Part shown: positions 46,225 to 55,346 of the stretch, one piece after another
Numbering within the stretch: position 1 is the stretch's first letter
Layout of the letters: each line of letters begins with the position of its first letter
Assembly (NCBI GenBank): GCA_963694715.1
Contig: CAVOEB010000005.1
Coordinates: forward strand, 3,447-67,446
Origin: Alphaproteobacteria bacterium
Lineage (GTDB): Bacteria > Pseudomonadota > Alphaproteobacteria > UBA828 > JAPUJA01
Length of the DNA stretch: 64,000 bases
Direction of reading: 5' to 3'
The notes under the pieces: model-generated
Seen by the model: the letters and a program-made list of their open reading frames with translations, nothing else
Databases searched by the model: none
What the model was told of the DNA's origin: nothing
Made by a program: the position numbers and the translations under genes

Positions 46225-46992
46225 ATGACGGAACCCAGGAAAGTCGCGATCGTTACCGGCTCGGCCACGGGGATCGGCGCGGCTTGCGCGCTGAGACTGG
46301 CGGGCCACGGCTATAACGTCGTCATCAACTGCACGGCAAGCCTCACAGAGGCGGAGGAGACCGCCGCGGCGTGCCGCGAGGCAGGTGTCGAAGTACTGAT
46401 CTTGCCCGCCGACGTCGCCGACGACGGCCAATGCCGCGCGCTCGCCCAGGCGGCACTCGACGCCTGGGGGCGAATCGACGCACTGATCAACAACGCTGGG
46501 CGAACCAAATTCGTCAAGGCCGAAGACTTCGAAGGGCTGACCGCCGAGGATTTCCAGTCGATCTACGCCGTGAACACGGTGGGCGCGTTCCAGACCGCGC
46601 GGGCCGCCGCGGACGCCCTACGCGCGGCTAATGGCGCGCTCGTCAACGTCTCCTCGCTGTCCGCTTATACGGGCCTGGGAAGCTCGATCGCCTATGCCGC
46701 GTCGAAGGGCGCGCTCAATACCCTGACCCTCTCGCTCGCCCAGACCTTAGCTCCCGAGGTACGGGTCAACGCTGTCTGTCCCGGCTATGTGGACACCCGC
46801 TGGATGCAGCGGACCATGGAGCCGGACCGCTACGAGCGGTTTCTGGCGGGCTTGCGCAAGCATGCGCCGCTGGCCACCGTGACCCAGGCCGACGACGTTG
46901 CCGAAGCGGTGTGCTGGTTCGTCGAGGGCGGGCGCACGATTACCGGCCAGATGCTGACCATCGACGCGGGCATGCACCTGACCATGGGGTGA
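46225..46992 (+). CDS. Short-chain dehydrogenase/reductase (classical SDR)
   Basis: 255 aa with TGSATGIG, NNAG and YAASKGAL (catalytic Y-x3-K). Confidence 0.88.
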   Translation: MTEPRKVAIVTGSATGIGAACALRLAGHGYNVVINCTASLTEAEETAAACREAGVEVLILPADVADDGQCRALAQAALDAWGRIDALINNAGRTKFVKAEDFEGLTAEDFQSIYAVNTVGAFQTARAAADALRAANGALVNVSSLSAYTGLGSSIAYAASKGALNTLTLSLAQTLAPEVRVNAVCPGYVDTRWMQRTMEPDRYERFLAGLRKHAPLATVTQADDVAEAVCWFVEGGRTITGQMLTIDAGMHLTMG

Positions 46993-46999
46993 GGCCGGC

Positions 47000-47704
47000 T
47001 CAGTCGCCCGGTGCGACGCGGATCAGGCTCGCCTGGGTTTCCCGTTTGGTCGGGAAGGTAAACGCCACCACGATACCGTCCCCTCCGTACCATACGGCGC
47101 CGGCGCGCACGTCCGAGCCGTCCGGGGTGCGAAACTCCACATCGTAGCGTCGGCCGGAAACCGACGCTTCTTCGAGCGTCGTTGTTTCCTCGCCCACGAG
47201 TTGCGCCGTGAATTCCTTGGTCCGGCCCTTGAGCGGGTTGAGCAGGCGACTCGCCTTCAACGCGACCTCGCACCAGACGGTCCAGGACAGCAACGCCGCA
47301 TCAACGATCGTCGGTGCATCGCCCGCCTTGTGCAGGCGGAGCCCGGTGCCCTCGGGCAGCACGGTAATGATACGCTCGCGGCCGTTATCGACGGTCATGC
47401 CGTCGAACCGTTCGAATAGGCCGTTGCGCCAGACCTCGGTCGATTCGTGACGGTAATTGAGCACGGGTATGACATAGGCGAGCGTGATCCCGATATCGAT
47501 GACCGTGTAGATGGCCATCTCTGCGCCGTTGGCCTGAATAGAAATTTTAAGCCTTCCGACGTCGTCGCCCTCATGGATGATCCGGTAGACGATCGGCCCG
47601 GACGGGGGCTGACAGTCGTCAGGCGCCCCGGCACTGATCTTTCCCGCCGCGACGAGCCCCAAAATAGGCGCCAGAAAAAGCGCTGTCAGGAGATTTCGGA
47701 TCAC
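47000..47704 (-). CDS. Hypothetical exported protein
   Basis: Start placed at the GTG at 47704, which overlaps the M24 stop (GTGA). Signal-like VIRNLLTALFLAPILGLVAAGKISAG. I recognise no motif. The upstream 139 aa of track ORF 47000..48121 are antisense or overlap artefact. Confidence 0.55.
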   Translation of the reverse strand: MIRNLLTALFLAPILGLVAAGKISAGAPDDCQPPSGPIVYRIIHEGDDVGRLKISIQANGAEMAIYTVIDIGITLAYVIPVLNYRHESTEVWRNGLFERFDGMTVDNGRERIITVLPEGTGLRLHKAGDAPTIVDAALLSWTVWCEVALKASRLLNPLKGRTKEFTAQLVGEETTTLEEASVSGRRYDVEFRTPDGSDVRAGAVWYGGDGIVVAFTFPTKRETQASLIRVAPGD

Positions 47705-48882
47705 GGGGTCCCGAAACCCGGTACGACCTCGAGAGGCACATCGCCACCGCCTACGAGCTCGCACACGCCGTCGGGATCGAGCGCATAGGTACCGCCCTGA
47801 ATGACGCCAATTCCCTCGTCTTCGAGCTCGAGGCAGGCGTGAAGCACGAACACCATGCCGGACTCGAGCCGTTGCTCCACGCCTCGGGCAATCTGCAGGC
47901 TTTCGAGCCAGACCGGTGGGTAGGCGATACCGATGCCGTAGCCGAAGCGCATCATCGCAGCGCCCTCCAGCCCCGCCGTACGCAAGGGATCGAGCGATGC
48001 CTCCTCGACCGCGGCGACCGGAACCCCGGGGCGGATTGCCGCGATACCGGCGGCGAGCGAGGCCCGCGCGAGATCGTAAACCTCCGCTGTCCGTGCATCG
48101 GGCGCGCCAGCGGCAAGGCAATGGATGGCGACCGCATGGTAACGCGCAGCCACGCCCGCGAATTCGAGATGCACCAGATCGCCCGGCTCGATGATCCGCT
48201 CGCGCGGCGTCGCGTGGCCGCCCGCGGCGCGAGGGCCACCGGCTAGCTCGGTCGGGATCGCCCAGTAATCGCTACCCGCCCGGCGCATCGCATCTTCGAG
48301 CGCGGCGGCGAGACCGATCTTGCTCATGCCGGGGCAAAGGGCCGCGCGGGCAGCATCAAGACCGCGTTTCGCATAGCCCGCGGCGCGCTCGATGAGTTCG
48401 CGTTCGCGCACCGATTTGATCGTGCGCAAGCGCCCCAGCAACTCGGTCGCATCGCCGAGTTCGGCGGGTGCCAGCGCCTCGGCCAGCGCCAGGCCAAGCG
48501 AATGGGGCAACGCCGCCGAGCCCGTCTCGATGGCCAGGCGGCCGTCGCTCAGGCCCTTTTCCCGCGCTACGTCCGCCACGAGGCCAGGTGCGTCTTCGAG
48601 GAACAGGTGGTAATCGCGCACGTCGTCGAGCCAGCAGGTCTCACGCGCCAACGGCCGATCCACGTTGCGTAAAATCAAGGTGGGTTCGTCGTCACCCGTG
48701 GTGAAGATCAGCGCCTGGGGGCTGTTGACCGCGACCCAGGCGTCGTAGCCCGCGAGGTAGTAAAGCGTCTCGGGCGCCACCGCGACGGCGCCGGTAAAGC
48801 CGGCCCCCGCCAAAACCACGCGCGCCCGAGCCAGGCGGGCCTTGTGTTCGTCGAGGGGAAATGCAGCATAGGGTGGCGTCAT
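47701..48882 (-). CDS. M24-family metallopeptidase-fold protein (creatinase/Xaa-Pro peptidase-like)
   Basis: 393 aa with a creatinase-type N-domain and pita-bread C-domain (GDLVHLEFAGVAARYH, YGIGIAYPP, VLHACLEL). Confidence 0.75.
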   Translation of the reverse strand: MTPPYAAFPLDEHKARLARARVVLAGAGFTGAVAVAPETLYYLAGYDAWVAVNSPQALIFTTGDDEPTLILRNVDRPLARETCWLDDVRDYHLFLEDAPGLVADVAREKGLSDGRLAIETGSAALPHSLGLALAEALAPAELGDATELLGRLRTIKSVRERELIERAAGYAKRGLDAARAALCPGMSKIGLAAALEDAMRRAGSDYWAIPTELAGGPRAAGGHATPRERIIEPGDLVHLEFAGVAARYHAVAIHCLAAGAPDARTAEVYDLARASLAAGIAAIRPGVPVAAVEEASLDPLRTAGLEGAAMMRFGYGIGIAYPPVWLESLQIARGVEQRLESGMVFVLHACLELEDEGIGVIQGGTYALDPDGVCELVGGGDVPLEVVPGFGTP

Positions 48883-48936
48883 TCTCGGCCCTCCTTAAGG
48901 GCGCGGGCATGCGCCGACCCTCTGATCGCGCGGGCC

Positions 48937-49254
48937 CTACTCTTCCGGCGCGAGGGTGACGCGCAGCCCGTCGAGCGCGTCGGAATATTCGATCTGACAA
49001 CTCAGACGCGATGTCTTTTTGTCGTAGCCGGGCGCGTCCTGGACCAGATCGACCTCCTCCTCGTCGGGCGCGGTGAGGCGCTCGAGCCAGGTGGGGCCGA
49101 CAAAGACATGGCAGGTCGCGCAGGCGCAGCAGCCGCCGCACACGGCTTCGATTTCCATGTCGTTATCCTTGAGATTCTCCATCAGGCTCAGCCCGGTCTC
49201 GCCGTCAAACCGGTGTTCCTTGCCCTCGCGGTCGATACAGGTGATCTGCGCCAA
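48937..49254 (-). CDS. [2Fe-2S] ferredoxin, adrenodoxin/putidaredoxin type
   Basis: 105 aa with CGGCCACATCHV plus distal SRLSCQI cysteine ligands. Confidence 0.9.
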   Translation of the reverse strand: MAQITCIDREGKEHRFDGETGLSLMENLKDNDMEIEAVCGGCCACATCHVFVGPTWLERLTAPDEEEVDLVQDAPGYDKKTSRLSCQIEYSDALDGLRVTLAPEE

Positions 49255-49292
49255 CGGTCTATTCCTTCTGATTCTTGTTAGTCGTCCGCGCG

Positions 49293-50513
49293 CTATACGG
49301 TGTCGCGGAGCGCCACCGCGGGATCGGCGAGTTTTGCCAGATCGGGCTGCGCGTTAGTTGGGATCAGCTTGCGGGCCTGCATGAAGTCCTTTGGTGCGTT
49401 GATCGCATCGAGCGCGATCAGCACACCCGCCTTCAAATAGGCAACGGCGAAGCGATTCTCGTCGGTCACCTGGCGCACGACCACCTGATCCGCACCCTCG
49501 GTCAGCCCCGCGATCTGGATCTTGAGATCAAACTGGTCAGACCAGAACCACGGCACCTCGCTGTAGGCCTCGGGCGTGCCGCAGATGGCGAGCGCCGCGG
49601 CCTTAGCCTGATCCATCGCGTTCTGCACGTTCTCCAGGCGCAGCCGGCGCCGGTAATGCCCGTTGGGGTGGTTAGTCACGTCGCCGATGGCAAAGATATC
49701 CGGATCGGAGGTCTGGGTGAACTCATCGACGACGATACCGTTTTCAACCTCGAGACCGCAGGCCGCCGCCAGCCCATCATTGGGCACGACGCCCACGCCG
49801 ACGACGGCGAAATCGGCGGGCAGGGTTGAATCGTCCGAGAGGCGCACGGCGCTGAGGCGTTCGTCACCCTCGAACCCGGTCACGGCGACGCCGGTACGAA
49901 TCTCGACCCCCTGGTCGCGATGACAAGCGGCGACATAGTCCGACATCTCGGGCGCGACAACCCGCGCCATGATGCGATCGAGCATCTCGAGCACGGTGAC
50001 GTGCGCGCCCATCTTGCGCGCGGTCGCCGCCACTTCCAGGCCGATATAGCCGCCACCGACCACGACAACTTCGCCCGCGTCTTCGAGATCCGAGCGCAGC
50101 GCCAGCGATTCGTCGAGGCTACGCAGGTAGCGGACGCCCGCGAGTTCGACGCCGGGAATGTCGAGTTGACGGTTCACGGACCCGGTGGCGAGGATCAATT
50201 TCTCGTAACCCAGGGCCTCGTCACCGGCGAGCACCACTCGGCGCGCCTCGCGCTCGATCGCCTCGACCCGAATGCCAATGCGCAAGTCGATATTCTTCTC
50301 GCCGTAAAATTCCGACTTACGCAAATAGGTCCGCACGGGCTCGATCTCGCCCGCGAGCAACGCCTTGGAAAGCGGCGGGCGCTCATAGGGTGCGTGAGGC
50401 TCCTCGCCCAGCAGGCGGATCGTGCCCCCGTAGCCCTTGGCGCGCAAAACCGCTGCCGCCTGCCCACCGGCATGGCCCGCGCCCACGATGACGACGCCGT
50501 CACCGACCATCAC
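49293..50513 (-). CDS. NAD(P)H:ferredoxin reductase (putidaredoxin-reductase-like FAD oxidoreductase)
   Basis: 406 aa with VIVGAGHAGG, PYERPPLSK, VVVGGGYIGLE, GDV and WFWSDQ motifs. Confidence 0.88.
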   Translation of the reverse strand: MMVGDGVVIVGAGHAGGQAAAVLRAKGYGGTIRLLGEEPHAPYERPPLSKALLAGEIEPVRTYLRKSEFYGEKNIDLRIGIRVEAIEREARRVVLAGDEALGYEKLILATGSVNRQLDIPGVELAGVRYLRSLDESLALRSDLEDAGEVVVVGGGYIGLEVAATARKMGAHVTVLEMLDRIMARVVAPEMSDYVAACHRDQGVEIRTGVAVTGFEGDERLSAVRLSDDSTLPADFAVVGVGVVPNDGLAAACGLEVENGIVVDEFTQTSDPDIFAIGDVTNHPNGHYRRRLRLENVQNAMDQAKAAALAICGTPEAYSEVPWFWSDQFDLKIQIAGLTEGADQVVVRQVTDENRFAVAYLKAGVLIALDAINAPKDFMQARKLIPTNAQPDLAKLADPAVALRDTV

Positions 50514-50696
50514 AAAATCTCCTGCTTCAAACGAAAATTCGACACGGCGCGCGACCCTCTAGTTCAATGCCAAAACCCCGATTAGGACGCGCAAGCCGGG
50601 GGTAATGTAAGGCGACCGGCATGTTTTGCAAGCGGCCTTGTCCGCCGCCCGCCCCGCGGGCACCATGGCTGCCGCCCCACTCAGGAGACCACTCCG

Positions 50697-51653
50697 ATGG
50701 CCCTTGCCACACCGATCACCGAATTGTTCGAGATTCGCCATCCCGTGCTGCTCGCGCCGATGGCCGGAGCCTCTGGGGGCGCGCTCGCCGCCGCGGTTAG
50801 CGCCGCAGGGGGCCTCGGCCTGATCGCTGGCGGCTACGGCAACGCCGGGCAACTCGAAGCCGAGTTCGTAGCCGCGGGCAACGCGCGGGTCGGCGTGGGC
50901 TTCATCACCTGGAGTCTCGCGCGCCAGCCGGCGCTGCTGACCCAAGCGCTCGAACACGCGCCCGCCGCCGTGTTTCTCTCGTTTGGCGACGATGCCCCCT
51001 TTTCTGATGAAATCCACAGGGCGGGCGCCAAACTGATCTGTCAGGTCCAGACCGTCGAGCAGGCCCGCGCCGCGGCCGATGCCAGCGCCGACGTGATCGT
51101 GGCCCAGGGCTCGGAGGCCGGCGGTCATGGGGCGAGCCGGGGCACCTTTGCGCTGGTCCCCGCAGTGGTCGATGCGGTCGCGCCCCTGCCGGTGCTGGCA
51201 GCCGGCGGCATCGGCGACGGCCGGGGACTTGGTGCCGCGCTTTTGCTGGGCGCCGCCGGCGCGGTGGTCGGCACCCGCTTTCTCGCCACCACCGAATGCC
51301 TGTGGCCCGACGGTTTCAAGCAACGCCTCCTCGAGAGCGGCGGCGACGATACGCTACGCACCAGCCTATTCGACCGCTTGCGCGGGCTCGATTGGCCCGC
51401 GGAATACACTGGCCGGGTGCTGCGCAACGACAGCACCGAGCGCTGGCAGGCGAACCCGCAGGCCCCCGGCGGCGGCGACACGGCGCGCAGCGACTACGAT
51501 GCGGCGGCAAGCGACGACGCCGATACCCGCGCGCTCCACGCAGGCGAAGTCCTCGACCTCGTCGATGCCGTGATCCCGGCGGCGCATCTGGTCGAGAAAA
51601 TCGTCGCCGAGGCCGAAGCGGAACTCGCCCGCGCTGCCCGCCTCGTCACCTAA
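50697..51653 (+). CDS. Nitronate monooxygenase (NMO / 2-nitropropane dioxygenase family, FMN)
   Basis: 318 aa with HPVLLAPMAGASGG, VIVAQGSEAGGH and LAAGGIGDGRG. Confidence 0.85.
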   Translation: MALATPITELFEIRHPVLLAPMAGASGGALAAAVSAAGGLGLIAGGYGNAGQLEAEFVAAGNARVGVGFITWSLARQPALLTQALEHAPAAVFLSFGDDAPFSDEIHRAGAKLICQVQTVEQARAAADASADVIVAQGSEAGGHGASRGTFALVPAVVDAVAPLPVLAAGGIGDGRGLGAALLLGAAGAVVGTRFLATTECLWPDGFKQRLLESGGDDTLRTSLFDRLRGLDWPAEYTGRVLRNDSTERWQANPQAPGGGDTARSDYDAAASDDADTRALHAGEVLDLVDAVIPAAHLVEKIVAEAEAELARAARLVT

Positions 51654-53455
51654 AGCGGCCAAACCAGCAGAATCATCGGCAAGGCTACGGCGACAATTAT
51701 CAACTCGAGCGGCAGGCCCATGCGCCAGTAATCGCCGAAGCGGTAGCCGCCCGGCCCCATGATCAGCGCGTTGTTCTGGTGACCGATGGGCGTGAGAAAG
51801 GCGCAGGACGCCCCAACCGCCACGGCCATCAGGAAACCGTCCGGATTGACCCCCAGGCTGCTCGCCACGCCGAGCGATATGGGCGCCATGACCACGGCGG
51901 TGGCCGCGTTGTTGATAACATCCGAGAGCGTCATGGTAACCACGAGGATCAGGCCCAGCGCCACGACGGGCGCTGCGTTGCCCGCGATGAACAGGATCGC
52001 GTCGGCGATCAGAACCGTAGTACCCGTCGCCTCGAGCGCCGCGCCCACCGGCATCAACGCCCCCATCAGCACGATGACCGACCAGTCGATGTTCCGGTAG
52101 GCCTCGCGCGGCGAGATGACGTCGAACAGCAGCATCGCGAGCGCGGCTAGGGTCAGCGCGACAGGCGCGCCGACGATGCCGAGCGCGGCGCAGATAATGG
52201 CTGCGATGAACACCGCCAGAGCGATCCAGAGCTTGCGCCGCTTGCCGATTTGCAGATCGCGCTCGGCCAGCGGAAGCAGGCCGAGATCGGCCAGGGTGCC
52301 CGGCATCTGCTCGGTGTCGCCCTGCAAGAGTAGTACGTCGCCCGCGCGAAACGTGAAACTTCTCAGACGCCCGCGGGTCGGCCGGCCCTGACGGGAAACG
52401 CCCAGCAGCTTGACGCCGTGATACGTCCGCAGGCGCAGGCCCCGCGCATTGCGTCCTTCGGCGACCGACCCTGCCGTGACCACGGCCTCGACCAGCCCGA
52501 CCTCGTCGGAACGCAGGGTCTCGGTTACGTCCTTGCCTTCATCGGCCAGGGTCAGGCCCAGCGTGGTTACCACCTTGTCTATGGATTCGGGCGCGGCTTC
52601 GAGGATCAGAATATCGCCGGCCTCGAGCGCGCCGCGCCAGGTGGGGCGCAGGATGCGGCGCTCGTCGCGCACGACACCGAGGATCGTGGCGTCGTGTTCG
52701 GCGGCAACATCCTCCACCTCACGCAGCAATTTTCCCACGATGTCGGAATCATCCTGGACCCGCGCCTCGGTCAGGTAACCCTTGATATCGAACAGCTCGT
52801 CCGGCGCGCTGCGCTCGCGCCGCTCCTTGGGGATCAGCCGCCAGCCCACAAACGCGACAAAGAGAAGCCCGGCCAACGCTATCGGCGCCCCTACGGGCGT
52901 GAAATCGAACATGTGGAACGGTTCGCCCAGCGCATCGGCGCGAAAGGTCGCGACGATGATATTGGGCGGCGTGCCGATCAGGGTGAGCAGCCCGCCCAGG
53001 ATGGCGGCAAACGAGATGGGCATCAGGATCGAGCCGGGCGTGCGCCCCGCTCCGGCGGCCGATTTAATGGCCACGGGCATCATCAGGGCCAGCGTGCCGA
53101 CATTATTAATGAACCCCGAAAGCACCGCCGAGATGCCGCCCAGCCCGCCGATATGGATCGAGGGGCGGCCCGTAAGCGGCGCGATGTAGCGCAACAGCAG
53201 ATCGACGGCCCCGGCGTTGGCCAGCGCCCGGCTGATGACGAGGACGGCGGCCACGGTAATCACCGCGGGGTGGCCAAAGCCGGCGAACGCCTCGCCCCCG
53301 GGTACCAGGCCCGAGATCAGCCCCGCTGCCAACGCAATCAGGGCAACCACGTCGTGGCGCCAGCGGCCCCATACGAAAAGCACCAGGGCGCCGCCCAGGA
53401 TGGCCAGGGAAATGATTTGCGGGGTAGTCACGGCAGGCTCCAGAATGCACCGCAC
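51650..53455 (-). CDS. SLC13/DASS-type anion permease with two central TrkA-C (RCK-C) domains
   Basis: 601 aa with polytopic N- and C-halves and a soluble insert carrying two TrkA-C-like repeats (GKLLREVE..., GRNARGLRL...). Start approximate. Confidence 0.75.
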   Translation of the reverse strand: MRCILEPAVTTPQIISLAILGGALVLFVWGRWRHDVVALIALAAGLISGLVPGGEAFAGFGHPAVITVAAVLVISRALANAGAVDLLLRYIAPLTGRPSIHIGGLGGISAVLSGFINNVGTLALMMPVAIKSAAGAGRTPGSILMPISFAAILGGLLTLIGTPPNIIVATFRADALGEPFHMFDFTPVGAPIALAGLLFVAFVGWRLIPKERRERSAPDELFDIKGYLTEARVQDDSDIVGKLLREVEDVAAEHDATILGVVRDERRILRPTWRGALEAGDILILEAAPESIDKVVTTLGLTLADEGKDVTETLRSDEVGLVEAVVTAGSVAEGRNARGLRLRTYHGVKLLGVSRQGRPTRGRLRSFTFRAGDVLLLQGDTEQMPGTLADLGLLPLAERDLQIGKRRKLWIALAVFIAAIICAALGIVGAPVALTLAALAMLLFDVISPREAYRNIDWSVIVLMGALMPVGAALEATGTTVLIADAILFIAGNAAPVVALGLILVVTMTLSDVINNAATAVVMAPISLGVASSLGVNPDGFLMAVAVGASCAFLTPIGHQNNALIMGPGGYRFGDYWRMGLPLELIIVAVALPMILLVWPL

Positions 53456-53600
53456 GCGCGGTTCGGTTCAAGCGCTCAGTGGCATCGACGTCGTATAAAT
53501 CTCCTGTCGTCTCCCGGCAACGGCCCGCCTATCTCTATGGCCTGTCAACGGGCCTCGCGGCCCCTGCGAGGTTGCCACAACCGAGGAGGAGACCGACGCC

Positions 53601-53906
53601 ATGTCGAGCGACAACCTTCACGCGTCCCGCGAGCGCTTGAGCAAGACCACCCTCTCGATGCATTAGGCCACCGTATCGCTCATAGAAGAGGTCGAAGCCG
53701 CCGACTGGTATCGCCAGCGGGCCGACGACTGCGACGATCCGGCGCTCAAGGAAATCCTCCTGCACAACATGCGCGAGGAAATTGAACACGCCGCCATGGT
53801 CCTTGAATGGATGCGCCGGAACAGCCCCGATTTCGACAAGGAGCTTAAGACCTATCTGTTCTCGGACGGCGATATCCTCGACGCCGAGGAACACACGACG
53901 AGCTAG
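53601..53906 (+). pseudogene. Encapsulated-ferritin-like (EncFtn-family) gene interrupted by an in-frame TAG at codon 22
   Basis: RBS GAGGAGGA, ATG at 53601. The translation MSSDNLHASRERLSKTTLSMH*ATVSLIEEVEAADWYRQRADDCDDPALKEILLHNMREEIEHAAMVLEWMRRNSPDFDKELKTYLFSDGDI... aligns along its length with remembered Rhodospirillum EncFtn. TAG at 53664-53666. No start codon follows the TAG before the conserved core. Confidence 0.75.
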
Positions 53907-54784
53907 CCGGACACGCCGGCCTCGCGGGCAACCAGGGCGTCGAAGGCCGCCACCAGCGAGACGGTCACCGGGCCCGGCGCTGCAAACTGGTTCGCATCGA
54001 CCGCGCCGACCGGGCGCAAACCGATCACCGCGTTGGTCAGGAAGCCCTCAGCCGCGGTCTCGATCCGGCCTGGCTCCAACGGCTCTTCGCGAACCGGCAG
54101 GCCAAGTTCGTCAGCGAGTTCGAGCACCACGGCACGGGTAATTCCCGGCAACACGCCCTCGGACGGCGGCGGGGTCGCGAGATCGCCGTTCTCGACCAGA
54201 AAGAAATTGGCGGCCGATGCCTCGGCAATGCGGCCTTTCGTGTTGAGTAGAAGTGCTTCGTCCGCCCCCGCTCCGTGAGCCGCGCTGCGGGCCAGAACAC
54301 CGTCCAGGTAGTTGAGCGATTTCAGGGTGGCGAGCGGCGAGCGCTCGTTGCGCCGAATCTCGTTCACAGTATGCAAGGTCGCTGGCGTCCCAGGCGCCGG
54401 CCCCGGCGCGCCGGGCGGCGCCTCAAGCGGATACGCTGCGATTAACAGCGTCGGCGTCGGCTTGTCCGGCGGCAGCACCCCGCGGGGCCCCGCGCCGCGC
54501 GTCAAGGTGAGCCGCACCACGGCATCCGCCGCCTCCAGGCGGTTTGCCGCGAGGGTGGCACTGAGTGCTCGCTCCAGCACATCGATATCTTCGGGCAGGG
54601 GAATACCCAACCGCTCGGCGCTCGCCGCCAGCCGATCGAGATGGGCACGCGGGCGAAAAAAACTGCCACCCCGCGCGCGTAACGTCTCGAACAGACCGTC
54701 GCCCAACAGGAAGCCGCGGTCGTCGGGAGCGATGCGGGCCGCACCCTCGTCGACGAGGGTGCCGTCAAGATAGACGCTGGCCAT
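53903..54784 (-). CDS. pabC: Class-IV aminotransferase-fold enzyme, probable aminodeoxychorismate lyase
   Basis: Start trimmed to the ATG at 54784 (MASVYLDGTLVDEG...). Contains RGFLLGDGLFET and NFFLV motifs. Co-oriented with, and overlapping, pabA-pabB. Confidence 0.7.
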   Translation of the reverse strand: MASVYLDGTLVDEGAARIAPDDRGFLLGDGLFETLRARGGSFFRPRAHLDRLAASAERLGIPLPEDIDVLERALSATLAANRLEAADAVVRLTLTRGAGPRGVLPPDKPTPTLLIAAYPLEAPPGAPGPAPGTPATLHTVNEIRRNERSPLATLKSLNYLDGVLARSAAHGAGADEALLLNTKGRIAEASAANFFLVENGDLATPPPSEGVLPGITRAVVLELADELGLPVREEPLEPGRIETAAEGFLTNAVIGLRPVGAVDANQFAAPGPVTVSLVAAFDALVAREAGVSG

Positions 54785-55346
54785 CGGACGCTCCCAGGAA
54801 ATTTTCCAGCAGGCGGTGGCCACCTTCGGTCAAAACCGATTCGGGGTGGAACTGAACGCCCATGACCGGATGGCTGCGGTGCGCCAGCGCCATGATCGCG
54901 CCTGACCGCTCGGTGGCGATGGCCTCCAGCTCGTGGGGCAAGCTGTCGGGGTCGACCACCAGCGAATGGTATCGCCCGACGCGAAGGGGATCGGGCAGGC
55001 CGGCGAACAGGCCGTGCCCGTCATGGCGAACCATCGACGTCTTGCCGTGCACCGGCGCGCCGCGCACGATCCGCCCGCCATAGACCTGCCCGATGCACTG
55101 ATGGCCCAGACACACGCCGAGGATCGGCACACGCGCGCCGAAACGTGCGATCAACGCGTTACACGCCCCCGCCCCGTCGGGCCCGCCGGGACCGGGCGAG
55201 ATCACGATATGGCTGGGCGGCTCGGCATCCAGCGCATCCAGATCGAGGGCATCGTTGCGCTGCACCGTGCAGGGATGGTCGAGTTCGCGGATATAGCGCG
55301 CGAGGTTGTGAACGAACGAATCGTAGTTATCGACGAGCAGGATCAC
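54765..55346 (-). CDS. pabA: Glutamine amidotransferase component II (aminodeoxychorismate/anthranilate synthase)
   Basis: Start placed at the GTG at 55346, overlapping the pabB stop (GTGA). Contains ILLVDNYDSFVHNL, GVCLGHQ (catalytic Cys) and GVQFHPES. Confidence 0.8.
   Translation of the reverse strand: MILLVDNYDSFVHNLARYIRELDHPCTVQRNDALDLDALDAEPPSHIVISPGPGGPDGAGACNALIARFGARVPILGVCLGHQCIGQVYGGRIVRGAPVHGKTSMVRHDGHGLFAGLPDPLRVGRYHSLVVDPDSLPHELEAIATERSGAIMALAHRSHPVMGVQFHPESVLTEGGHRLLENFLGASDGQRLS

Noticed and set aside
53664-53666. The in-frame TAG as a pyrrolysine or other recoded codon, a tempting idea given the methylamine-type genes nearby.
   Set aside because: There are no pyl genes or PYLIS-like context in the window. 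The aligned family position is an ordinary residue, and the methylamine genes here are dehydrogenases rather than Pyl-containing methyltransferases. Nonsense mutation or base error is more parsimonious.
53456-54823. An encapsulin nanocompartment operon around the EncFtn-like gene.
   Set aside because: There is no HK97-fold shell gene on either side (SLC13 permease upstream, pabC downstream). The ferritin-like gene is interrupted and lacks an obvious cargo-loading peptide.
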